A DNA stretch of 64,000 nt from Phoronis australis. Lineage: Eukaryota > Animalia > Phoronida. The stretch spans positions 87,414 through 151,413 of the forward strand of contig NMRA01000376.1 of assembly GCA_002633005.1 (NCBI GenBank), read 5' to 3'. Position 1 is the first letter of the stretch. Each line of letters opens with the position of its first letter. Shown here piece after piece: positions 1-14,038 of the stretch. The position numbers and the translations under genes were made by a program. The notes below the pieces were generated by a model. That model ran no database searches and was not told the DNA's origin. It saw only the letters and a list, made by a program, of their open reading frames with translations.

Positions 1-3000
1 TACATAAATGGTAAAACACATGTTTGTTTTGTTATGTCAATTAGCATCTACGAGCTAATTTATACCTAGTTCCTGCTATCATTGGACTACCTCATCTCTG
101 GAAGTCTACTAATAAACCTGTATGAAGTTTTAACTCTGTACCAGGGTGATCTCAGTAACTGAGTTGAAAGTCTCCACCTTGTAAACTAGCATGCATAAGA
201 TCAATTCAGAGAAAAAAATCAACTCTTGCTTGACCACCTCAATTTTTATCCACCATTTCGCATTTATTACGAACTACACTTACTAGTAAATACGAACAAC
301 AGGCCACAATATGACTGGCAATCTACAATCTATTCCAAATCCCAGCCCACATAATAAAGGAACTGTAGGAATAAGAAATTGTATCAAAAGACTTTTCATA
401 AATGCTTTACTAAACAAAAAATGCATCATAGACATAACAAAATGTCTCTCAAATTTGAGCTAAGAAAATCAACAAAGATCTATATTTTGGGTCTATGCAA
501 GAAAAACTTCTGTCACAATTCATCAGTAACATCAACGTACCATCATACAGATCTTATTAGAAATAAATGGCTATTATTTTTTCCATACATTTATTCATCC
601 ATCAGTAACATTTACAAGTACTTGTAATGAGATAATTCTAAACTGCCACTCCCTCNCACTCATCCAGTGAACCTAAATCTTAAGTTTTAACTTCATTAGG
701 TCAATCACAGAACCACTGTGGACCATCTAGTATTGAATTCTGCGAGGTCACAATTATTGGTAAAATTTTAAATGTATTTTTCAGTTTTGAACTATTCTGA
801 AATCTCTGTCTTGAGATGTTCAAAACATGGCAAACGCTTCTCCAACCTCATATGTGTGAAATTTACTCAATGCCAGTACTAGATTTATTACTTTTGGTCC
901 TGAATGTATACTAAAAAGGACATCAACGCAGGTTGTATTATTGAGGGGTTCAAACAATCAGTGATGCCTTAGTTACAGCAATTATTCACAGTTCAATAAA
1001 CATACAGCCCATAAATGCTGTTATAAGTGACTGGCAACATCTGCTAATTCAAAGCATGCACTCAGTCATTACCCGGAAACCAAGTGATTTGTAAACTCAA
1101 CATAATCTTGCAAAGATCTCCAAGTGCACAAACACATCTACAGGACTTTTATGCAAAGCACAAATTAAAGCCATTGCATTGGTAGTATGTGTAATCTACT
1201 AGTAAGTATGCAGGAATATTTTTGAAAACCACAGTTTCGGTCCATGTTTGGGAGTGGAGCCCTTTGTTATTTTTCAACAGGTGAGTTAGGCACCATTAAA
1301 ATTACAATAAAACTGCAGACCAAATGGAGTTCACTGATTAACACAACAAGAAGACTGCCGGTCGCTAAGTTCATTTATTCCAGTTTGAAGTTTGCAATTT
1401 CGGCTTAACCTAGCTGATGCTGTAAGGAACTTAAGAGCAACACAAAAAGCAACGCCAGATAATGTAACTTCTTGGATTTACTTTTCAAAATTTTCACACA
1501 TTGTACCAAGTTTGCAAACAAAGTCTTCAACAATGGCAGATCTACAATAACATAAGGGGGGACAGCCAAAATTTTTTAAGGAAAAACATTTTGCACAATT
1601 CTTAAAAACAACATACTGTCAGCTTTACCGTGTGCCCAGGGACCCCCCTTAATTAAGTGCAAAGCCACTAAATGTTAAAATACTACAAATAAGTTGATTA
1701 TAATTAAAAGTCACAACAGAGATAGGAATAAGTGGCTCGTTTACTATGTAGTGAGTCCTGCATGGAATGAAAGTTAAGATGAGATCTTTTCCCATGCTGG
1801 AAGAGCACTGGTCTTCCAGCATTTATCAAAATTAAATTGAAGCAAACTGAAGGGGGTTATACAAAGCAGTTTATAAATTAAGGCACTGGTGTTGACATAG
1901 TGAACTTTGAGAGTTGTGCTAAAACTATGAGCCACAGATCATTTTCAACAAAACAGCAGACACTAATTAGTGTGCTATCACTACATCATGGAGCACCAAC
2001 AGCAGTTTGGGTAATGACATAACATAACCTCCTACATGACAATTATGCATAGTTGCGTAATTTACAGACAGTAATACCAGATAACCTCTGACGTCACATG
2101 AGCAGAGTGGCTGAATGTAAGAATCTACTGCTAAATGCTAGTATAGTCTTTTTAAATCCAAAACATAAAAGTAGCTAACTGTACTCTCTCTGGTTTGTTA
2201 ATATATTTATCTAATGTTCTATTAACGCCACAAGTAGGAAGGCTGTCCCTTTCCACACTTCTGTAAAGATAGTAGACTAGTTGCCTTACAAAGAGTCTGC
2301 GGTTTCACTTTTATTATGGCATGTCAGTGAAGCATTACTGACTGCACCGTGAAAAACTTGGAAGCGTTGAAACGTGGTTTTAATATCCCAGCATCCATAC
2401 GATGAATTCACGCTGTCGATTTCTCAACCAGCTACATCAACAAGAGTTTTTAAAATAATTTTAAATCAACAATTTAAATAAGCTGCAAAATATCTTAACA
2501 TTCCTTGTACATTTTCCAAAATTTATAAACAATACAAAATTGATGACAACTATGAAAATAACCAACATTTAGTTCAATACTGGGTTGAAAAACTAACCAG
2601 AATGAAATATGCGGACTATCCGAATTTCAAAACTTAGAAGTTTCCTTTATGTCTTTTTCATCGTTAGATGATCCACAAATAGCACATCAGTAGTTCTATT
2701 TGTCTACTGTGACATTCTCAACTGAGATATACAACAAAATAAATGACTAAACATTTCAATGTCAAGTATCTCAAAACAAATGTGTCCATATTGAAACCTG
2801 AAACAGTTATAAAAAATACCGAAGTTTCAACTGAATGTATTCTTCTTCATTTTTGTTCATTCATGCTTTGTGTTAATTAAGCAAAGGAGATAACAAACCA
2901 AGAACAAAATCAAACAAAAACAACAAACAAGAGACAGATGCATAAATCAATGTAAAAAGAAGAGGAAAGCGCTAAGTTCAGATAAAGTCAAGACGTTGAA

Positions 3001-3082
3001 ATTTGACGTGCACACCTGCCATCATGAGGCACAATTTCTAAAAGCTATGAAGTGTGACAAAAAAGAAGAGAGCACGGCAATA

Positions 3083-3240
3083 CCATTGGATGCACTTGAT
3101 AGATTGACCCCAATGATTCAGTCGGGGTTGAGCGACTAAGACATCTGATTGGTTCAGTAGGACGACTTCCAGCTTACAAACCAATCAGATATCTTAGCCG
3201 TTTGGCTAAACCGGCAGAGTCAATCAAGTGCAGCCACTGG
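3083..3240. mobile_element. Degenerate fold-back MITE
   Basis: ccattggatgcacttgat...atcaagtgcagccactgg outer arms and ctaagacatctgattggtt...aaccaatcagatatcttag inner arms. Confidence 0.6.
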
Positions 3241-4164
3241 CAACACCACTAGTCTAACAGTAGAGCTGGAAATAGTGATATTATGCGTTTTAATTTACAC
3301 TGCAATGCACGTGTATTGCCTCAAATAGTTGACAGAGGAGCTGCCTGACAGGATGTCTGGGTGCACAATAAAATATGGCCAGCTGGCCAGCAAAGTACAA
3401 CGCAAATCCAATGTCCAGGTGTTTGTTTCATTAAAAATGACTTAAGACCGAAATTTGGTCTTACAATCCACACAACTATTCAATCTAAAAAAATAATTTA
3501 ATGCCACTTGAAAAATCTGCAAACTCTAGTCTGAGCTGAAAATAAACACTCAGACAACTGCTAGTTAATGAGAAATAAAATTATTTTTCGACTGTGATGC
3601 GCTCATAATTACTTGCTACACCAATTTTCAACAGCGGGAGTGTAACACCTAATTTCTGTTTGGAGTCATCAGTCACTGTCATGAACAAGACCCCAGAGCC
3701 GTCCTTTAGACGAGCGAGCATCACCCATTTAAAAAATTAATTCTTCAACTGTAACATATCAACACTACAACTAAAAATAAAATAATAACAATAATAAAAT
3801 TTAATTATTTTACTGTGATTGAACGTGGTAGTGACAGCAATGGTGACAATGCATTTTGTCAATTTCGTATCGTATAAATGAAAAGTGTAACGCTTAGCTG
3901 TGAGTGAATAGCCGTGCAACACTTCATCAGTTGAAGAACAAAATGAAAACAACAGAGGAGAGAATTAAAAAACAGTGAATAAATCTGAATAAAATGACAG
4001 CGATATCATGCCAGATGAAAACACAAGAAGCTAAATCTGTCTTATTTCAGCATGAACAACAAAAAGCTAACTGGATGTTAAAATTCACTCGGCATGTGCG
4101 GTAAAAGCTAGTCACCCATGTCAGTGTAGAGACACCGTTGGTAAGGCCAAGCGAGGTAACTTAC

Positions 4165-4219
4165 AGAGATTCCAAGTTTTCAATGTATCAATGCCATGAA
4201 AGGTGTGATATGGATTGTA
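4165..4219 (-). CDS. WDR59: Possible WDR59 exon 22 (YNPYHTFHGIDTLKTWNL)
   Basis: ttccag/ acceptor, /gtaagt donor, open in the phase left by exon 21; falls in a poorly conserved part of the protein. Confidence 0.5.
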
Positions 4220-5925
4220 CTGGAACGACCAATCAGAAGAGACAATAAAGTGACAGTTACTGGCATGGAGTGAGGAGGGGATAAACTGCAAAGCCATGGA
4301 CAGCTTAGAAGGTTTGGTACAAATAACGGCAAAACATCACCAAATTAGGAAAAAAATTGCCAAGCAAGAGAAAGAAATTTATGTAATTTTTCATAATTTT
4401 TTATGAACATCAGTATTCCCGTAGCACTACATTCACGCTCTCATATTTTCAAGAGCTGTGCAAGAGCTCACAATATTTTGAAAAACTATCAGTGGGCATT
4501 CAGAATGTTGGAAGCCTAAGAAAATCTAATAAAGACATTTTGGCAATTATTTCCTCTGAAAGTGATGAGATTTTACTGTGAAAGGAACTTTCTGAATACA
4601 TAAAAGACAATCTTCCCATCAGGTGATTCCAATTTCTTTCATGTGCAATTAAAACAACAGCTAAATTTGCCTGACAAAGTCAAAAGCAACTAAGATCGAA
4701 ATGATGCCAAACCCCCTCGTCAATGGCTTGCAGTTTCCCTCTACAATCTTTGTAAACGTGTAACACTTACAGGGCCAGGTTAAATGGCTCGAGTCTGGCA
4801 GATGATAAGTGTAATTAACTTCAAACTAGAAGAGAACGGAAAACATGTCATGCAGTTATGATTTTGAAAATAGTTATTCGGATCTGACCTTTCCAGAATG
4901 GAATGAAGCCAAAAGCCTTGAAAATAACAAAAAACAATTTCAGAACAATTCATCGACTGTGTTCAATGGGTTTAAAAAATATGACGTCACAAAGATTTTT
5001 ATATGCAATTACTTACAAAAAGAAGCCCTTTGTGTTTAAACGGGTTTCAAAATAAACTTGACTATGTGAAGCCTGTGGTGCTCCAATAGTTAGCAGATTG
5101 AAAAAACACCATTATGTGTCATAGCTGGATTAACTATCATGTGGCACCCTCTACTGCAGATGAATAAAACTAGTCACATGACTGGTGTTGAATACCAAGA
5201 AACCAAGCATGCATCCAGTGACTGCAATCCCAAAGCATTTTCCACATGTTCAAATGTGGTAATAGTCACTTTCAGGGGTCCCACATTCTAAGAACCAGTT
5301 TTCTTTACTGAACAACAGGCATGAAGCTTGGTGTCAAAATCCAGGACACCTGTAGGTGACTATTACTAACATTCAACTGTATTAATGAACACGAGATTTT
5401 TTGGTTCAAGGTGCGCACACTCAGGTCAGTGGATGTGCATACAACCCGCCATATAACAAAGAGGAAGATCTGGCTTGGATCTCCTGAACATTTAAATCAG
5501 ACTAGAGGTCAATTGGTATTTATCATCAACAATAGAGGGTGTTGCATGATATTTCAGAGCCATGAAATATTACTGAAGCAGCCATGTGTCTACTTTTAGT
5601 TCGCAACTGTGGGACATTTGACTGAAAATGGGTGACACTGAAAGACAGTCGCAAAGTAAACATTTGGTCTCGTGAAGCTGGTGGCAAACGTCAAAATCAG
5701 CAAAATACTTCTAAGCGTACCCCAGCAATACTTTTCATTCATCGAGCAAAAAGGTATCTATCCCCCACACCAGTGTCATCCACAATGTATTTGAATTAGT
5801 TCAGTCAAACTGTCTCTTAGTCAGCAAGAGGGCGCCACTGGTTTCATGGGACCCATCCTCATCACTTCACAAAATCTTCCAAATGACCGATGCCCACACT
5901 CCTCTTGTACTTACCTAGTATTTAA

Positions 5926-6432
5926 GGTTATGTAGGACCAAGGAAAAATCCTAAATTTGGCCAAATTCACAACATTGTGGATTTGATACATGTGAAACTT
6001 TCACATACTATGCTTTATGCAAAACAATGTCAAGAATTGTTATTAAAATTTTCCATTTTGCTTGAGGGTCTATCAAAAACGGACTTGAAAGATTTTTATA
6101 AGAAATTTAAGTTTGCATAAAATGAAAATGAAACAATAATTTAGAAAACTGTAACATCTTTTTGAGATGTTATCTTGAACATTTATATCATACAAAATTT
6201 GCTCAATGTTATTGATCCTGTTGTTTTGTTATGTACTTTTCTTTAATATTTTCTAAATTTTTGTAAAAAAACAAGGTCACATGATTGACCTAATTAGTGG
6301 CAGATTGGTTTGAAGTCAAATTCTATGGAACTTCTACTCTCAGAAAATATATACTTTGCTAAGCTAAATTCTATCTAGCTTTGTAGATATATGGCTGAAT
6401 GTACACACTAGTCAATAAGGTCCCACATACCC
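5926..6432. mobile_element. Non-autonomous DNA transposon, Kolobok-like
   Basis: TIRs ggttatgtaggacc / ggtcccacataccc flanked by TTAA on both sides; a related end (ggtcctacataacc) occurs near 24272-24286. Confidence 0.65.
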
Positions 6433-6932
6433 TTAACTGTTAAACAACATCAAGTCCATCAACAGTTTCTCACAGATGGCAGTACTCGGTATTACTTAAA
6501 ACACAGACATTAAAATTATACAGTAAATGCTCCTCAAATAGGCAAGCATAATAGCAGACAAGTGCAGAATTTAATTTTAGCTATCAATTTCGCAACATTA
6601 GCACAGTTTCAACTGAACACCTAATTAAACATCAAACAAAACTTTGGTAAAATTTCATCCAGAGCACTTGACCAAGGTAATCATTCATTAAGTTCAAAAC
6701 ACTGATTAACTCCAATTTGGAAATTGTTGTTATGACGAGACTGCTGCAAGAAGGAAGCACTAATTTTGTTACAAATTACTAAAATTAAAACCTTTGGTGC
6801 CAGAAACTCATGGTAATGAAAGACATGTTACATTCTGTAAATAATTTATGTAAATTAACCCTGCATTATGCAAAAGTCCATAGCTTAAGACAACAAGCGT
6901 GCCATTTTGGTTGCCAAAGGCCCTGTACTCAC

Positions 6933-7083
6933 ACTTCCCTGCACGATATCCCATTGACTGAGTGAGTCCCTGGAACTATTTGACACCAGCTTTTTACGAT
7001 GTGTCCTGTCGTCTTCACTACTGAAGGCACAGCACAGCAGTGCTAAAGTTTGAACATCCTGTAGCTTGCTGTAGTGTTCTATG
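6933..7083 (-). CDS. WDR59: WDR59 exon 21 (IEHYSKLQDVQTLALLCCAF...WDIVQGS)
   Basis: ttacag/ acceptor, /gtgagt donor; DVQTLA motif; donor position less certain. Confidence 0.88.
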
Positions 7084-8000
7084 CTGTAACCAAAACACAG
7101 CAAGTAACAAACATCTGGCATGATGACTCATAGCAGGAGCAAAAATTCACAACAATTCTTGCATAAGGCAAGCAACTTCCGTATTGACAACATTTTGTGT
7201 ATTAAATGTATTGGTCAACAGCTTTTTGTAAAGCAAAGTCAATAAAATGTTTTATTTCTGTAACTGAACCTAATTTAACAGTCAGTGCAAAAATAATAAA
7301 AATAATATGCAGCACTTGTCCTTCTCCACAGTATACTTCATAAAATGGAGAACTATTATGTATAATATCGTTTCCAATGAGTAGCAAAGTTAACAGACAT
7401 CAACAACTGAAGAATTTACATGAAACGAATATGAATCAAACGGTGATGATAGCAGACCCACTGCTGCAGCAATCACGGTGTTGCACAGCTGGAGACAGGT
7501 TTCTTAGACCTTTCTCACAGAACACACTGATGTTCTCATTAACAACATTCTTTTCCATTAATGGACTTCCTTTCTAATTAGTTGCCATTCTTTTCTTGTG
7601 AGCCGCATTTCAACTCCAACGAATACAAATAATGATTTTCTCATAAACAGCATGTGCTCCCAGTTGTAAGGTAAAGGTAGTGTTGATACATTGTACATTG
7701 TACCAAACAGGGGTCAAGCATCTGTAATCCATGTACCATCAGAAAAGAATAAGTTAGAAAATCTCCATGTTTGGAAGAGTAGGAAAGTCTATCACAAAAG
7801 TACTACGGTTTGCATAAAAAGAACCACAGAGAGAGGTACATAAACAATGAGGAACGCGAGGAAGAAATAAGGCTTTCTATTTCAAGTGCATAACAGAACT
7901 TGGAGGAATTGTGCATTTACAACAGAGAGAAGATAAAACGTCACTACCTAGATACTAATTTCATAAATTGCCATGGTATTACTGCCACGGTAATACATAC

Positions 8001-8113
8001 AAAGAGCTGATGAGCTTGCGTCCAAATGGGTGGTGAGCCCACGGTGGCCCGTGGTCAGGCTCTTTCTTGGGCTTTAAGGATTTGGAGCTCGTAAGGCCGA
8101 CCAGCGTCCACAT
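8001..8113 (-). CDS. WDR59: WDR59 exon 20 (MWTLVGLTSSKSLKPKKEPDHGPPWAHHPFGRKLISS)
   Basis: cttcag/ acceptor, /gtatgt donor. Confidence 0.93.
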
Positions 8114-8290
8114 CTGAAGGGACAGAACAGGCTTCGTAGAGAGGTAATAAAATAACAACTACAGTCTGTCCCAACAACAGCAACTACATTTAAGCTACAA
8201 TCAATATCCCCATTTTCCGGCCAAGAGGTTAATGATAGCCAGCTCATGTAATACAAGTGACAGTCCGAGGTATTGATACCCTGGAATGAT

Positions 8291-8594
8291 TCCAGGGGGT
8301 TCTCCCATTGGTGGGGTTATTACGGATGTGCCAAAAACTTGCCTGGATGGATAATTATGTTGTCCACTTGCATATCGTCCTAGGTAGGCACTTTGCTCTT
8401 TCTCAGATGGCTTTGAGATTTCGTCTCGGGTGGATAAACTACAGAGGTGACGATGGGTGGGATGGCGAAACTATTGTCTAGAGTTAATTATTACTTGGTA
8501 TTGTGTCAGGTATCCATTTTTCCAGCTATTGAAAGTATTGCATTGGTTGTGCACGGGCACACCCCTATCTGTTATTTGGGAGTGAGCCCCCGGG
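8291..8594. mobile_element. Probable MITE
   Basis: imperfect TIRs ccagggggttctccca / tgggagtgagcccccgg. Confidence 0.45.
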
Positions 8595-8620
8595 AATAAT
8601 AAAAATGGCCCAGATGTCAT

Positions 8621-9124
8621 CAGGGCTTGGAATGACCAATGACAAAAAACGCGGAAACTTTGAAACTTTTACGGCCCAAATCATGCCCGATAACCAGCCT
8701 TGAAATGGTCAATGTGAACCTTTCCCCGACAAAAATCGGGAGGACTAAAAAAAGAAAAAAAAACGTTACCACCATCAGTAGCATGCGTCTGCGTCCTTTT
8801 ACCTCGCCCGTCCACTCCCAACCCACACATTTTTGGCTGCAGAGCGGTAGTATTTGTCGCCACGCTTAACAATAACACGAGATGCCATTGAAAATCCCAC
8901 CACGCTGTCCCAAACAATGTTGACAATTTACGTTCCTTTGAAACATAAAGAGCAACTTCCGCTTTTCGAGGTGAACGTCGTCTGCAATGCGCGGTAAGAA
9001 AGGAATTTGCCGCGGAAATTTTATATCAAATCCGATTTTTTTACGTGGAAATATTATAAAAAAAGCGGAAAGCACATTTGAAAAAAGCGGAAATACACGT
9101 TTCCGCGGAAAATTCCAAGCCCTG
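8621..9124. mobile_element. hAT-like MITE with 6-bp TSD
   Basis: perfect 13-bp TIRs cagggcttggaat / attccaagccctg, subterminal gcggaaa repeats, tgtcat directly on both flanks. Confidence 0.8.
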
Positions 9125-9373
9125 TGTCATAGCCAAAGTTAGCAAAAAGCTGACTGTGAACAAACAGTCACAGGTTTATCACTAGTGACTCGAGGTTCAC
9201 TGCGCACAAGGGGATAGTGTCATGGAAAAGGCTTTTCATGTTGTCTGTGACCTCGTTGCTTTCCCATCAAAACAATTAATTGACCATCGAACAATCCATG
9301 AGGCAGCCATAATGTGCGACTACTGACATGCCTTAGACCACCTGGTAACTAGCACCGCACACCAGAGACTCAC

Positions 9374-9455
9374 CTGAATGAGATCCTTTCTACCTACGGC
9401 TGCAGCAGCACTAGCATTCACTTTGCACATGTTGGGGATGTCTTTGTTGTCAATG
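9374..9455 (-). CDS. WDR59: WDR59 exon 19 (IDNKDIPNMCKVNASAAAAVGRKDLIQ)
   Basis: tttcag/ acceptor, /gtgagt donor. Confidence 0.93.
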
Positions 9456-11399
9456 CTGAAAAGTGGACAAACTCGGTCAGTTAACTGGACTCATTTTAAA
9501 AAATACTAGACCAACAAAAAACACTTACACATGGTAATAAAACATTTTCACAATCCAGAATCATGTATTTATCCCACAGTATCAGTATGAAACCACTGAT
9601 AACTAACTTGTCATAATAACCCAAAGAAATATCTAATGCACAAATGACAACAATGTGCCAGGAAAATATGACAGGCATGTTGCAATGTTCTGTGAAAGAC
9701 TGATCCAAGACTTTGTGTGGGGATGTCAGGTACAACGAAAATTAAACATTATTTTTCATTCTCATTTTCTTCATTCTATAGTATTACTTAATACCTGAGA
9801 TATATGAATAATTGCAATATTCTGAATATCTGCAATGTAACTTTCTTTACACTTTTCATACAGGTCACAGATTCAAGGACAAAAGATGGTGCTAGATTCA
9901 TATCACGTCTTGGTAGCATTGCCATAAATATAAAATAATCTGCATTTCATCAACGACACTAACTTGTCAACTACAGCCACACAAATCCACTGATAACAAA
10001 TGGCAACGTGATATATAGAGAATCCTACACGAGTCTCAGGTTTATTACATGGGCAAGCCTCGGGATTTTGACGAAATTTCCAAGAGGTTTTGCCCATGCC
10101 ATAAACCTGAGACGACTGTAGGATTTGTTTTTTCACATGAACCATAAAAACGATCTTTTTTGCCGAAAAACTCGACGTGTCTAAAACTTTCAACCATACG
10201 ATGCAACTTTGTAAAAACACACTTGTGCAATGTAATGTAATTCAGTTACTTTTTGACAATAGCTTTATTTAAAAGCCTTAACAATTGTAAATTGCATTCA
10301 GCTTTCATAGCAAATATTCAAGTTAGAATCTAATATAAAATAGTCTTTGAAGTGGTTATATTAAAACTTAAAAATGTTTGCAACAGTCTGCAAGGCTTCA
10401 TCACGCGTGAGCACTGAATTGACCTAGAGACAGCACAGCTAGACAGTCTTTATTGAGTTGGGGCTCGTTTCCCTTTGAATGAACGTGGATGTGGAATTCT
10501 CTGTCGAAGTTGTTTGCATGTCCCTCCGACTGGTGTACGTACAGTTGCGAGACCCGAATTGTCAATCATAACCTTGTCACCTTCTTGGAATTACGGCATT
10601 GTTTGGTTGGTGCGTGTTTGGTCGTTTTAGTGTTTTGCAGACGATAAAATGTAAGGCGTACAGATTTCTACTTTGCACTACTTTGTGATTCGCCCATGGC
10701 AAGTAATGTAAAAAAATTATGTACTTGGTGTTAATAACCAGTCGTGGAATAACACATTCCAGGTCATGTGAGAAATGTTACTATGATGCCAAGTTTACAA
10801 TTCAGCATACTAGGCACTTTGTACCTGAGACCCAATATTTACATCAAGAAAACAAAGTTGCCTACAAAACAAAAAATTTGCCAAAGAAGCATTGTTCACG
10901 AGTGTTTTTGATGTTTTACACATTTCTGAGTGTTTTTACAACTGCACATGCTCACATGTCACGTGATTGCTAGTTCAGAATAGACTCTATATTCGTTATC
11001 ATGAAAGAATGACGTCGTTATTATTTTTTATCGTGTTACATCGTAAATCGTTTATCAAATTCAGAATTTAGTTGTGCACCATCGGCACACACATAATTGG
11101 TTCTGGTCAGGGTTTTTTCTGATAATTGAGTTGATGGTGCAATATTTTTATATGAAAATCCAAAAACAATGTGGCATTTGTTTGGTATCTTTTTACTCAT
11201 TGCTTGGCACATCACAGGGTTTTAAATCTTGGTTAGGCTTCCTTATATGCCTTTATGTAGCTTTTCAAAAAAACACACCAGACCTTGCATAAAATTGCAG
11301 GTGGGGATTTTTTTAGTCTGTGAGCACAGGCCTCGAAATAAGACAGGTACATAGCATTTGCTTTTTCAGCAAGTCAATGATAGATTCAAAAACTCTTAC

Positions 11400-11560
11400 A
11401 TGTATGTCTCGGCAAGTTGCCGATTAAGCGGCATAAGACAAGAGATGTCGTACACTTTAACGTTGTAAGGGCCAATCTTAGCAGAGCTAGACTTGCTCGG
11501 TGAATGGTGGGAGCTGTCCTCTCTGAGTCTCGACTTAGAACGTGTCCGGCCACCGGTCTT
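11400..11560 (-). CDS. WDR59: WDR59 exon 18 (KTGGRTRSKSR...VKVYDISCLMPLNRQLAETY)
   Basis: ttgtag/ acceptor, /gtaaga donor. Confidence 0.9.
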
Positions 11561-11679
11561 CTACAAAGTGAACAACAAAATCTCACAGTGACACTTTTGG
11601 TAGTTTTATAAAACACCAACTTGTTCTCTACTGAGATGAGAAATACTTTTTTGGGCTCTGAAATGATAGCTAGTTATCG

Positions 11680-11769
11680 CTCGTGACAATATTGCTTGTG
11701 ACAATATGGCTTGTGACAATATTGCTCACGACAATATTGCTCCTGACAATATTGCTCGAGACAATATTC
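11680..11769. repeat. 15-bp minisatellite (gtgacaatattgctc) x ~6
   Basis: direct inspection. Confidence 0.85.
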
Positions 11770-12212
11770 GGCGCATAAAGTGCACATAACAGCCATTTGA
11801 TGAGTTTAGTCTCAAGCAACAATGAACTGTCAAATCTTCCAAACACAGAAATTATTTCTAATTTAAATAAAAGGCACAAGTTGAGACCACTCTAATAACA
11901 AATGTTTACTAAATCATAAGAACCAGAAAAACATTTGTAATAATAAAAAATAAGTCAATAAAATAAGGCAAATTGTCACAAAGGTATGTTTATCCAGTTA
12001 CATGACCACAAATCAGGATTTCAATAAACTACATCAGCTTATCATGTAAAAAATACTGACCAACGAAACAAAGATTAAATTCCTGAGTGATAAATTACAG
12101 TGCTGATGTTGATAACAGTAATGAAATAATAAAGCCGTACCCTTGTATACAACAGCATTTAGGTTAGTATGTTAATTTTAAAGTTGAAAATTTCCAACTA
12201 TTTTTCACCTAC

Positions 12213-12336
12213 CCTTTTGTAGAAGTTACTGATAGACACATCAAAATCACGCGAGAAGCCTCTGGAACTGTACACTCCGCTGGGGGCCGGAGAACGCATG
12301 GCATTCTGGGAAAAGGCGCCAAGAGCAGATAGAGAT
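12213..12336 (-). CDS. WDR59: WDR59 exon 17 (SLSALGAF...VSISNFYKR)
   Basis: tttcag/ acceptor, /gtaggt donor. Confidence 0.9.
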
Positions 12337-12610
12337 CTGAAAGAAATGTTTATTACTTATTATCATTTTTAGTAGCCATCTGTTGTGACTGGGAATGATA
12401 GAAAACCTGCTGGAAAGTTATCGGGATGGAAACGTGATTAGATGAGTCAGCTATTTACACTGTAGAAGCCACAGACAAAATTAGCAGGTAGTACAGGGAA
12501 ACCGTATTTTGTACCATGAAGCACTCTTATGTTTTAACTGTTTGATGCAGCAATCTAACCAGCCCTGAAAACAACTTTCTGTGCAGGCCCTGGCTACATT
12601 CACACTATAT

Positions 12611-12691
12611 TCATTCCCTTTTATACTTATTCTTCTTATATGCAGTAATCCGTTCGGTGCTGAACGGGGCTTTCTTCGAAGGCCTCTTAGG
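12611..12691 (-). mobile_element. 81-bp retroposed fragment with 16-bp TSD
   Basis: tacattcacactatat at 12595-12610 and 12692-12707; internal hairpin ccgttc-ggtgct-gaacgg; A-rich end on minus strand. Confidence 0.65.
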
Positions 12692-13016
12692 TACATTCAC
12701 ACTATATCAAATCCAATTGACCAACTCAAGACCTAGCAGAAAGACAAAAGAGACAACTTGTGCAATACACATGATGTCTGCCAGCCAACACAACATTTGA
12801 ACTCTGGTTTCACAAGTGAGTTTAAGCAATGCTACTTCACTGCAGCCAAATGCTACACAAATAGATAAAAGAAATAAATAAATCCCTTTTTTCACCGCCT
12901 TTTTTACCCGCGTGATTTGCATATTGGCGCATGCACCAAAGTTTCGTATATGAGCATAGATCCACACAGACGCCCACCGGCCTAATGACAGGGCAATACG
13001 GTAGCCCTGTACTTAC

Positions 13017-13083
13017 TTTGGAGTGATCTCCATGCCTGCACGCTGACTTAAACCAGATGGACGACAGAAACACACCAAATAGC
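13017..13083 (-). CDS. WDR59: WDR59 exon 16 (GYLVCFCRPSGLSQRAGMEITPK)
   Basis: tttcag/ acceptor, /gtaagt donor, phase 1-2. Confidence 0.9.
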
Positions 13084-13902
13084 CTGAAAATGAAAAAAAT
13101 CATTGTCCATATACGTCTGTCTGTATCAAAAGTGAGACCTACTGTAGTCCACTGGGCTTGTGCGAGGGTTTCCATTAAGAGATTTTAAAAACCTTGTGAG
13201 AGATACATTGCAATAACAAGATTTTAATCTAGCACCTAGTATATCTCCAAGTGGATGAAGGAATTGCACATCAAGCAAACTCACGAAAATTCATTTGAAC
13301 AGCAGCTTTTAGGGACAAGACACGTGACACGTTTAAGTTAACCTGACGCCACTCTCCATTACAGTAACAACTGCAGTGGACCTGAATTTAGTCAAAAAGT
13401 TAACTTAAATACAATGACAAGTGAACCTTTGCAAATACGCTGCAGACCATTTACCATGTAAATACTAGTCTCACATAGTTCATTGGGAGAGATTTCTCAT
13501 CTTGGGAAGTATTGGCAGATTGTTGTTACATCAGACTCAATAAGTTGGCTTTGAGGGAATCCTCACATAAAGGGCCGAAAGTAATATGGCTGGACAAATA
13601 TAATCCTGCTTCTGCGATCGGACACTAGATGACGACCTTATGGTTACATTGACCAAATGAATGCTTTCAAGCCAACTTACTGTGTCTGTCCTTCATTGTG
13701 AATATTAAATTTTTTTCACCTAATGTAAGTAAGAAACAAGTTGAGAACAGTTTAAAAATCTGAAGGAAAAATTAGTTTTGCCAAGACGGTCGTCAGCACC
13801 TTTAGCTAACCACCATGTTTATAATCTCAGCACTGTAACCTTTATGAAATACGTACAGAACTGCAACTGAAAGAAGACATAATGCAGAACTGAGTTAATT
13901 AC

Positions 13903-14038
13903 CTGCCCCACAAAATTTTGCACCCGACGTTCGAGGAAACGGGACCGAAGTATCTTGGAAGGCTCCGTAACGATAGAAAGGTCGGGTTGTCGGCATGCTG
14001 TACACAGAGTCGCTGTCTTTAGGAGATTTGTTGTCCAG
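13903..14038 (-). CDS. WDR59: WDR59 exon 15 (...YGAFQDTSVPFPRTSGAKFCGA)
   Basis: ttacag/ acceptor, /gtaatt donor. Confidence 0.94.

Noticed and set aside
1-4100. C-terminal WDR59 exons (LYRW, RING-like CGHGGH)
   Set aside because: No matching peptides found; presumably beyond the window edge
7443-7530. C/D-box-like motifs (gtgatga...ctga) as an intronic snoRNA
   Set aside because: On the strand opposite the host gene, with no convincing terminal stem or guide
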